A DNA stretch of 61,558 nt, filler included, from Porpidia crustulata (lineage: Eukaryota), in NCBI GenBank assembly GCA_964255105.1. It is 6 parts of 6 records of this genome, joined end to end, with 100 filler letters (N's around TTAATTAATTAA, not from the genome) between each part and the next. Parts side by side here need not be neighbours in the genome. Positions count along the whole stretch, not along the records: positions 51,403 to 61,558 come from CAXUWE010000823.1; 5 more parts are not named here. One strand, written 5' to 3'. Of the stretch, positions 51,800 to 61,558 are shown piece by piece; the first letter of the stretch is position 1; every line of letters starts with the position of its first letter. The notes beneath the pieces are model-generated. The model searched no databases and had not been told where the DNA came from. It worked only from the letters and a program-made list of their open reading frames with translations. The position numbers and the translations under genes are program-made.

Positions 51800-53200
51800 T
51801 CAAGCCAACGCCAGTTCCATCACCGTATCCGCACTCCCGACCGGCGTCCTCATCCCCATCATCTTCAGCGGCGGATCCACGAGCTCGAACAGCGCGGTCC
51901 AGTCCTCCAGCGTGCGCTCCTGGCTCCCAAACTGCACCATCATCTGCATGTCGAGCGCGTGCATGATCTTTTCCGTGCGGTTGGGCAACGTCCCCGCCGG
52001 CGCCAGGATCTGCTCCGCCACGAGGATGCGTGCGCCTTTCTTCATGGTCCCGCTGAGCCGGCGCAAGATGCGGAGGCAATCCTGCTGGGGCCAATCGTGC
52101 AGGATGTGGCGAAGGAGATAGACGTCGGCGTGGGCGGTGGAAACCGGCTGGGGGTCGAAGAAGCTGTGGGGGGTGAATCGCACACGAGCTTGGAGCTCGA
52201 CGGGGATGGCCTTGTGAGCGGGCACTTCTAGGTTTGCGGAATCTTGGATGATCACGTGGAGGGATGGGAATTTTTTCGCTATTATCGTGGCGACGAAGCC
52301 ATCAGCTCCACCGATCTGAGGGATGAATTTAGCACCGGGGTTTGTACGGGGACCTGCTTGGCAGTTGCGAAGATGGATCGACTCACATCAATGAGGGTGG
52401 CACAGCCCAACTCGGCCCAGTCGTACCCGTTTATAACGTGACGAACATCGTGCGCGCCTCCGCTTATTATCAAAGCCATGTACCTACCGTAAATTTGAGT
52501 CCACGTTGGGAATTTTTCGGCATAGCTCCACCACGTATCGGATGTCGAATGAGCAATTTGAAACGGTGACCTGCGCTGTGCAGAATCATGATCTTGGAAT
52601 TCCTTGAGTGACTCAAGAAGCTTGATGGTTGACGGTAAACAGATCTCCAATTGATAGCTCAGCAACGGCGAAAGCGATGGAAGTAACTTGGAGGCTTCGG
52701 TATGCGCAATGAAGCCCAGCTCGGGTTCACGGAACACATTGTAAGTCATTGCTTGGCGGAGGACTCTGACTAAGATATCCGCTGGAAGTTTAGAGGCTTG
52801 GGTGAGATCGTGCAGGGAAAGCTGTCCTTCTGTAGGGATCATCTCAGCAATGCGATAATGATTGATGATCTGGAGGGTAACGAGGTTATGCTTATCCTAC
52901 ATGTTTCTTAGTATAGTTTCAGTAGGCCTCCAAACTTATGCATCATACAATCAAGACCATGTTCTTCAGCATCTCAGAAGGCCCGGCCACCACATTCAGC
53001 AGCGTTGTACATTGGTCAATGATATCCAGGCGTGCCTTCCGAACTCTTTCATCAGCAGATGCATCGGCTTCAATGGCTATTTGGTCTCCAGATGGTAAGC
53101 CATCAATGCCTAAAGACTGCTCGAGGATGTAGGCGGTGTTTGCTATCTGTCCTGCCAGTCTACCGATCGTCGGATTTTCGAAAGAGAGCATGGCAGTCAT
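51800..53200 (-). CDS. SAM-dependent O-methyltransferase (Methyltransf_2, secondary-metabolism type), 3 exons
   Basis: RVLRQAMTYNVFREPE.G.IAHT dimerisation region; SAM motif LID|IGGADG split by an intron; HSFFDPQP; catalytic YLLRHILHDW; QERTLEDW. Confidence 0.92.
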
Positions 53201-53794
53201 CTTGTGTATTAATATTTCGAGTTGATAATTATAGGAAGGTTCTTAAGAGTTGGGTACTAGAGTAACGGGGCAGTCTGATTTTTAATAGAAAAGCACTTAG
53301 TGAGACTCGTGAGAAAATTGTAACTGTTCTGGCAGCTTTGCACCACGACGTAGTCTTTCCCCTATATGTCACAGCGGTCACAAGTAGCGCATCAGCAGTG
53401 TACTCAATGTGCTCCCGATCTTTATAATTTGCCAATATCTCATGGCTTCTCCGAGAAAGACTATGACGGCAAAAGGTAATAAATTTACTCGAAAGAGAAA
53501 CGTTCTTCAGTATTCGATATTCTGTTTCCGAGGTGAAATGTAGTTTCGACCAGGCGCATTAGCCGAAAGAGGAAGCCATGGAGTTCCCCTTGCGTCAGGG
53601 ATGCTACAAATCATCAATCGGGGCCCCAACTTAAGCCTGTTCTGTAACTTATGTTGTGCTCCGAACCCGATATAGGCCATCGGAAACGCAGGAGCCTTTT
53701 GATACCACTTTGTTATCATGTAGCTTCAACGTCATTGTACAGTTCTGACTGTGGTTTGGATATTCTTTACCTGTAAAAGCCATTATTCTCTATC

Positions 53795-55450
53795 ATGATC
53801 CGTTGTTTTGAAAGTATGGAAATCGCTTCACTGGTTTTATCACTCGATATGTTAGGAATACTTTGTGCCATTGTGGCGGGCATCTCTGTGCTAATTTATG
53901 TCGTGATTGGACCGGTCATCAAGTATTTTCACGACCCCAAAGGCCTGAGAAGATACCAAAATCTAGATCTACTCGCAGGCATCACCAACCTGTCTTTTAT
54001 GATCGAAGCTCATAAGGGGTTTCGCTCGAAAAGACTTCTTGAATTGCACAGTAAAGGTAGCCCAGTCATTCGTATTGGTCCGAACTCGCTTTCCTATGGA
54101 GTAGTTGGTGCTATCAAGGTATGGTATTGCAGTATACTAGATCACTATATGTGTCCTTTGTCTTTATGCTGACCATTGGAACCATAGAATATTTATGGTC
54201 ATAGTACCTCACTTACCAAGAGTGGTGAGTACAACGCTGCCGCAGGCACACACTTCCATCTTGCAGACGTGGTCGATAAGAAAGATCACGCTCGTAAGCG
54301 TAAAGTCCTTTCATCAGCATTTGCCTCCAAAAATCTCGAAGAATGGGAATACAAAGTTGCCAGCAAAGTTGAACAACTTCAAGCTCAATTTGATAAACAT
54401 TGCAAGTTGACTCCAAACGAGCTGATCGACTATCGCATGTGGACAAATTACTTCACCATTGATACTCTCGTCGACATCAGTCTTAGTGAACAAACTTCCT
54501 GTCTCTACGATGGCAAGGATCGTGTGGTTGCCGAAAGTATAGATGGATCGACTTGGGAAGTTCCCTTCCGGGACTGCCTTTATGGTATCTTCCACGCACA
54601 GTCTGGCCTTGTCTGGGCCTATGACTGGTTTAAGACTCTTGTAACCGTCACCAACTTGGTCAGCCCACAGTACAATCGTCTTTGGAAATGTAGTAAGGGT
54701 TGGGGCGGTATCGTGAATCATCTGGCCCGCAAAAGATGGGACCGATATAAGAAGGGCGAGAAGGTGGACGATCTGTTTCAGTCTTTGATGGAAGGAAAAG
54801 ATGGTGACCCACACAACCTAGAATGGGGTGAGATAGTCGCCGAAATTGGGCTTATGATTTCCGGTTCATCCTCCGTATCGAACGCCATTGCCAACACCAT
54901 GTTCCAGCTGCTTAAAACCCCGGACTGCATGCAGAAGCTTCAACAAGAAGTTGACATGGTTTTGGACGTAAATGATATCGTTGCGCCTTACGACAAAGCC
55001 AAGCACCTCCCATACCTTCGAGCATGTTTAGATGAGAGCTTGCGGATGTATCCGCCAATTTCGCACGGTCTACCCAGAGAGACCCCTCCTGGGGGAGCCC
55101 AGATATTGGGAGAATGGATTCCAGGCAAAACTACGGTTCCGATCAGTGCTTTTGTTGCACACAGAGATCCAAGCGTTTACCTTGAACCAGAGGTCTTTAA
55201 TCCAAGCCGTTGGCTCGGTGACGAAGGCAAACAGCTTCAACCGTTTTTTATCGCTTTCTCTGCTGGAGCCAGGGGCTGTATCGGGCCCCCCATTACTTAT
55301 CTCCAGCAAGTCACACTGTTAGCTAGCCTGGTGCACCGTTATAACTTTGAGCTGGTCTCTTCCGAATGGAAACCAGACAGACGAGAGACAATGAACTTAA
55401 TTCTCGGACCAGTGCCAGTCAAGATTAAAAGAAGGAAACCGACCGAGTAA
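53795..55450 (+). CDS. Cytochrome P450 (benzoate-4-monooxygenase/CYP53-clan-like), 2 exons
   Basis: N-terminal TM anchor, VIRIGPNSLS, HARKRKVLS, ExxR (ESLR), PSRW and heme motif FSAGARGCIG; intron ~54119-54187. The exact start ATG is uncertain. Confidence 0.93.
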
Positions 55451-56270
55451 GGTACAAAGACAGGTTGGGATCGCGGGCCATGGCCGACATGGTCTTCGAC
55501 GGGCTCCTGCATAGTTATCGTATCATGTGTTCAGAGTATTGTATCTTTGATCGATCATTCTTTAGCAGTATACGTAGAATTACAAAGCTGGAAGGTTAAA
55601 AGATTAAAAGAAATACTCACAAAAAACAGAAAGCTTCCAAACGAAGACACACCCTTGGTTACCCTTTTTTCAATACAGCACCTTGAAACATACAGTACGG
55701 TTCCTGGAATAACAAGCCTTGGGGAGAGCTGAGTGATATCATGGCTCTTAGACTGTCTCGATATATACGTAATCACATATCAAGATTGAACATCGAACCA
55801 TAGAAATGGCGCTTGTGGTACGTTAGCACATGCCGACAATTCGACTGCTAGATATATCGCACCGAGTCGAAATCAGGGGTATCTAGATACATGAGAAGTG
55901 ATATCAACGCGGTGGCTTTGTTTGAAGGGGTGCCACCAATTTCCCCAGCGCCCACACGAGAGTTATTTGCAGGTTATCCTTTCTTTCGACTTACTCGTAG
56001 GCCACTATACACGGGCCTCGGTGTGTTAAAGATTTGCAATGCTTTATTTGCCCACATTTCGAGGCGATAGCGCCACGGAGGCCGGTAATATCTGGCAATT
56101 ATATACAGAGACGGTATGTGTAGATGACCGTCATTCGCCTGCGTGTCGACCACAACTCAGGACAATAGTCAATCTAGCGGGGTATCGACCAAGATATGAT
56201 ACACTCTACTAACAACCAGGAGACGGCTGAATGGACCCCCGCAAATAACCGATCGCTCTTTGTTCCGAAA

Positions 56271-57758
56271 CTACTCGCTATGGGTCCTCCTCCTTTGTGT
56301 CCTTTCGAATTTCTCTTGAGCAATTTCCCGCCGCCTCTTCTCTTCGTACGCTTTTGCTCGCCGCAACTCGTCGGGACTTCGCCCTGGTGTCTTCTTCTTT
56401 TCTTCTTGGTCCATCGACAACGCAGATCTCGCGCTTTTCACTGCCTGCCCAGCCGCACCTTTTAAATCGGATATCGCGCCTCCTATAATGCCCTTCTTCT
56501 CGGGCAGTGGAGCTGTTTTGGCTGGACGCTGGTAGGTGTTCATAGTGCCTGTATATGGTCCTTTAGGTGGCTTATCTGACACGGGAGGTGGTAGCGGTTG
56601 AATCTTCAAGAATTTTCTTACACCTGGCTGTCGTAGTACCCATGCCTGTGAGAGCGACATCATGGACGTGCTGAAAAAGGTGAGTTGCATACACCCAGGC
56701 CAAGCCAACATGAAAGCCCCAGTCATGATGGGAAATCCGTATTGGAAGACATTGCGCATAGTTGGGGTCATCGCGCCGGCGGAGCCTAATTCTCCGCCTT
56801 TCTGTGAATTGATATTTAGAGCTGTGCTATACTGTTCAGCGAATTACACGCACCTTGAACGTATAATAAAAAGCGCCAGCAGTGGCTAAGGGCAAGATGA
56901 AAAAGGGATCCGAAAGCGTCAAGTCTTGTAACCATAATATCCCCTGCTCGTCTAGTCCAGGCACAGGTAAGGCTGCCATCCCACGCATGAGTCTAAATGT
57001 ACCAAAGCCTAATGGGATTTGCAACATTGGTACGCCCAATCTCCAGAGTTGGACGTTCGCAGATCTGTAGATGGTCTGCAGTTCAGCGCTGGCGGCCATC
57101 ATCGCCTGCTGGTCTCTGGCCGCTTTTGCAACACTGATTTTGGCCTGGATGGGTTTAAGATGTGGTGTGATTACGGCTAATCTGGCTGACGTATCGGCTG
57201 CACCTATGTATCCTTTGAACATTGTCAAGCGGACAAGTACCGCGGTCAATACTATCGAAGCCCACCATGGCGTACCAGTCCATACGTGGACGTGCTCGAG
57301 TAGAAATTCCACCAGAGCAGTCGGACCCCAGCCGTAGTCAAGCCCCAACTCTTTAAGAAAGCCAATATGTTCTGTTACGGTGGTAGACTGGAGAGTGGTG
57401 ATGCCATCGAACGAGGCAATGAAATCATCTGGAAGAACGCCAACAGACTCTGTATTCACAAGCGGAGGGGGATCGGGTGCGGTCGAGGCGAGGCGGACCA
57501 CGGAGAACTTTATCGAAGGGTGTCTAGCATTTATTGAAAATAGCCACGGTGACGAGGGTTGTGAGAGAGAATGAGCCCGAATGGAAGGTTTGAGAAATCG
57601 TCTCGCGTTGCTTGAAAACTATGGACAATTTAGCAAAGCTGCAGAGAAGGGCGCTTCCACATGCACACATGTCTATGTAAGCTCGGCCACTCCGCCAGTA
57701 ACTTCTTGTTCAGTCGAGGGAAAGGTAATGGCCGTGCGAGATCTCTCAACGGTATCAT
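56271..57758 (-). CDS. OXA1: Mitochondrial inner-membrane insertase Oxa1, 3 exons
   Basis: Arg/Ser-rich presequence; IGFLKELGLDYGWGP, GTPWWASI, QIPLGFGTFRLMRGMA.LPVPG and WLQDLTLSDPFFILP; basic C-terminal tail. Confidence 0.92.
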
Positions 57759-58159
57759 TGCATTGACGTTGAGGGAAAGTGTGAAGACCGCTAGAGACGC
57801 GATGTACCAATCATTTCCTTGTTTCGGCAGGTTCTACCGAAGTCCTCTCCAAACGTCTGAACATATGAGAATTGATCAAGTACATGTAGTTTCTATGTAC
57901 TTTGATATTAAAACTATCTTCCATCTATCAATAGTGCTGTGATCACTTAGAATTCCCCATTTGTAAATATCCGAGCTGTTTCGTGCGCCCAGGGCAATGC
58001 TGTGCAACGCTTATATCCACTTCCAATTTTCAACCCTACAACCCATCATAAGAGCCCACTTGAGCCTACATGGACTCTACCGCTGGAGACCCCCTTATAT
58101 ACAGACGACAGTTTGGGTAGACTAGATATTGAGAATTTTGCCATGAGAGAGATATCATT

Positions 58160-58698
58160 TCACTCCAAAGACGTTAGATCGTGCAATTGTCCATCCCTCC
58201 GTCTCCTTTCCACAGGATCATCACGCATCTCTATGCCCGGGCCTATTGACCTCGACGAGCGCCCACTTGGGAATATCTAGAACACAATAGACATAATCAG
58301 TCCATGATATCATGCAATTTATTATGATCCTGAGAAGAGACAAAGAATAATGTTTTCATTGTAGGGCCCTTACGCAAAGTCGAAAGGGTGCTAACGAGTA
58401 GACTGGAAAAATATACCTTTGTGCCTGACCACCCTAACCTGAACGCCGCTTCATGAGCAAAAAGTTCTCCAAATCCTAACATGAGACCGTTGATGAAGGG
58501 CAATAGCAAATTTATTGCCGCCCCTCGTAAGAGACCCCATACTGTTGGTGGCGAGTAAAGGATCATGGGAGAGCTGGAAGAGGATGGGGGAGAAGGTGAG
58601 AGATCATTATTTGCCGAGGAGTAGTTCTCGCTGTCGGAGCGAATGGTCATGGAGGATCCAGTCAAGTCCTGAGGATGATCAGGAGGCTCAGAGGCCAT
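58160..58698 (-). CDS. MIM1: Mitochondrial outer-membrane import protein Mim1 (Tom13), 2 exons
   Basis: RGAAINLLLPFINGLMLGFGELFAHE signature; second exon IFPSGRSSRSIGPG...LTSLE* ends at 58160. Confidence 0.92.
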
Positions 58699-58978
58699 GA
58701 TTGATTTGCGGTAGTCGCGTATGATATTGTATATAGTCTGTCACCGATTCATGTTTAAGACTTGGGTGGATGGGGAGCTGAAGGAAGGTCCAACCGGAAT
58801 ACATTTTGAAGCTTGGACCCTGAAGTGACGTTCGCCGCTGTGTCATGCATGTTGAACCCGAATACCTTTCATCTCCAACCGTAAGAACCATTCTTCTCCT
58901 CAACCATAATCATTTACTTTCAACAGCAGCTACCTGGAGCATAAAAATCTTGAGCTCGAGAATTAAAAGCAATAGGTC

Positions 58979-60373
58979 ATGGAAGACAACCCAGGAGCTC
59001 ATGACACTTTGATTGCACAGCTTACAAACCTAACGGGTATTGCGCCTCACCAAGTAGGCCGTTGTCCTTCGCAGCATTTGCCATTTTCATGAGCTTACAA
59101 TGATCGTAGGCTCAGCAGTACCTCGAAGCAAACCAGTGGGACATAGCTGGCGCTGCTGCCGAATACTATGCATCACAGGAAGAGGCTGAATCCCCCGAGA
59201 ACTCGATTCCTTTGACCGACGACCAAGCAGAAATTGACTCTGACTCGGAAGACCCTGTGCCAGCTCCCCAATCATCTGTTGGAAGGGGCCGAACTTTAGG
59301 CAGTGAATCTAGCCCTCAGCCGATTCCCACAACCTCCAGCATGCCGCCAAAACCAACATCGGGAGCACAACAGCCGCCGAAGAAGAAATTTGCTACACTA
59401 GGGGATCTCGGTGGGGGATCAGCTGGTGGGCATGCGGGCCATGGCCATGATAATGGAGATGATGACGATGACGATGAGAACCACGATTTATTTGCAGGAG
59501 GAGAGAAATCCGGATTGGCTGTCCAAAATCCTGACGATATAAAGCGCAAGATTATTGAACGGGCAAAAAAGTGGGTCGTTGATTGTTAAGAGAACTCGTC
59601 ATGAGCAATACTAATAACCAACTAGAGATGCCGCCAAGGGAGGTAATAGTAGCGACCCTACACCGCAAAGCTCACGTTTTACTGGTACCGCGCGAACCCT
59701 CGGCGGCGATGACACACCAAGCCAAGTCATCGAAGATCCTAGGGCAAAACTCCGACAGCGCGCACCCAGAGTAGATCGTCACCTTCATTTCTGGCAAGAC
59801 GGCTTTTCAGTCGATGATGGCCCATTGTATCGCTCGGACGACCCAGCAAATGCACCAATACTTGCGATGATCAGGGAAGGCCGCGCCCCGATGGCCATCA
59901 TGAACGTAGAGAAGAACCAAGAAGTGGAAGTCAAACTCGAGCAGCATCAAGAAAAGTACAAGGCGCCAAAGAAGAAGTACGCCCCATTTGGCGGCGGAGG
60001 TCAGAGATTAGGTAGCCCCACACCCGGACCAGCCAGCTCACGCGAGGTCAATACCCCATCTGATTCCAAGACCGCTGAACCCGCCTCATCGATTACCGCT
60101 GCATCACCTGCAGTCCAAGTGAACGACTCTGAACCCATCATCTCACTCCAGATTCGCCTCGCGGATGGTACCCGCCTCGTTTCCCGATTCAATATCACCC
60201 ACACCATTGGAGACGTGTACTCTTTTGTCGCAGCATCGAATGCTGCAAATGCTACGCGGGAATGGGTACTAATGACGACTTTTCCAAGCAAAGAATTAAC
60301 GGAAAAAGGTCAGGTTCTTGGGGATCTGACAGAGTTCAAGAGAGGAGGGGTGTTAGTGCAGAAGTGGATATAG
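58979..60373 (+). CDS. SHP1: Cdc48/p97 cofactor Shp1/p47 (UBA-SEP-UBX)
   Basis: UBA-like start (LIAQLTNLTG..|AQQYLEANQWD), FAGGEKSGLAVQNP, SEP domain LHFWQDGFSVDDG, SHP box FGGGGQRLGS, UBX domain LQIRLADGTRLVSRFN..TTFP. Confidence 0.93.
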
Positions 60374-61558
60374 CGTGTGGATCATGATGGCATTGTATCT
60401 GTGGTGTCTGGAACAGCCAGGGTAGGTTCATGGCATTTACAAAATCCTAGAGTTAGATTTTTTCGAGTTCTTCTTTAGTGAGGGCACCAAGTGGCTAAAA
60501 TCGATATCCTCGAGCTAGCTGAACCGATATTGTTCGACTTTCTGACGAGAATCAATCAATGCAAGATCCCTTCAACAACAGGGTCGCTCATTCATCACCT
60601 GCGCTAGAATTAGAAGGCCGGAAAGCTCCAAAGACTAGCTCTTCCATAGAACTCTTGGGGCGGGTGTCTTACTTATCTACAGGAATGGTTCGCATAAACT
60701 GACCCAATCAACAGCCCAGGCGAGGAGATTTGTACAACAATGACACCCTCGCAATGTAAATAATCGACATCGTCACGTAGCCCATACTCTAGAATTACCA
60801 CGGATTGCGAATGACGATTGCAATCATTTGACCATGTAGATTATTCGCATTATAAGTAACAAGTAGGGGCAAACATGATGCAAGCGCGTGTAACATGATT
60901 CCGCAAAGAGCAAATAAGAAATTTGACAGATCATGGTAGCTGCCAGCAGAGAAGGGAATTTGGGATAAGTATACGAGTTCTTCGACGTTGGATTCAGAAT
61001 CCTAAAGCAAGTACAGATTGAATTGAGAGATATGATTGAACCCCGAACGCTCCAAGCCTAGCCCACGACAAGGAGGCCCAATCAGCTAGCCAGCCAGCCC
61101 AAGCATCAAACCCAATAAATATAACCCTGAATATGAAACGCATTGAATCGTGGAAACATCGATTACATGCGCGATTAACGACAGGTGCTTCCCTCTCGAA
61201 ACCTCATCAAACACCCGACGGAATGCCGAGCGTACGGGGCCACCTGACACATCATTCCGTACGGCGGTAGGCAGGTGGGCGGAATTGTTCGCTGAGGTTT
61301 CTGATGATAATTGTGGAAGGAAGCGAGAAAGCGGATGGGAAACACATCGCTAGCGCGAGTCTGAATGGCCCGAGTCCTTGATTGGCTGGAATTGCCGAGG
61401 CGGGCCCTTTTCTCCGCCCGGGGCATCATTATCATCGGAACTTATAGCCAAGCGATTCTGATTGTAAATTGCAAGACAGATACAATGTCACTTCACAAGA
61501 TCACGCAGACGTCAGCGAGCCGGCGTAAGTTTCTCATTGTCAGAGCCTGGCATTGGAT

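Noticed and set aside
24735..55450. Combining the NRPS-like gene, alcohol oxidase, OMT and P450 into one large cluster
   Set aside because: They lie on three different contigs joined artificially.
60400..61558. Possible snoRNA or other ncRNA, or a gene start, at the right end
   Set aside because: Only isolated TGATGA-like words and short ORFs; no paired C/D boxes with a convincing guide and no recognisable protein.

Overview
Eukaryotic DNA from a filamentous ascomycete (Pezizomycotina-type genes with short spliceosomal introns; a lichen-forming or related fungus is plausible but not provable here). The window is not one locus. It is six contigs of 10192, 10186, 10185, 10170, 10169 and 10156 nt in descending length order, joined by artificial 100-nt spacers (44 N + TTAATTAATTAA + 44 N), so gene neighbourhoods are meaningful only within a contig. 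Contig 1: MTHFR, QTRT2, a decayed fungal-N-terminal/ankyrin gene and an SDR. Contig 2: RRP12, con-10, TMEM115/DUF1751 and SIF2/TBL1. Contig 3 holds the best candidate for an undescribed system: MFS transporter, probably decayed Zn2Cys6 regulator, intact A-T-R NRPS-like reductase, and a transaldolase-fold aldolase whose phosphate-binding and acid/base residues are replaced, suggesting an amino-aldehyde-to-aldol pathway (iminosugar or aminopolyol-like product). Contig 4: MOB4/phocein, a 680-bp foldback/MITE element, a decaying island (PD-(D/E)XK-like gene head-to-head with a CK1 paralog, plus an APH-type kinase) and the 5' part of ZNG1/CobW. Contig 5: long-chain alcohol oxidase, a CorA-domain protein and relic DNA. 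Contig 6: a divergent O-methyltransferase/P450 pair, OXA1, MIM1 and SHP1. No tRNA, rRNA or CRISPR was recognised. All family calls come from motif recognition by eye, not database searches.
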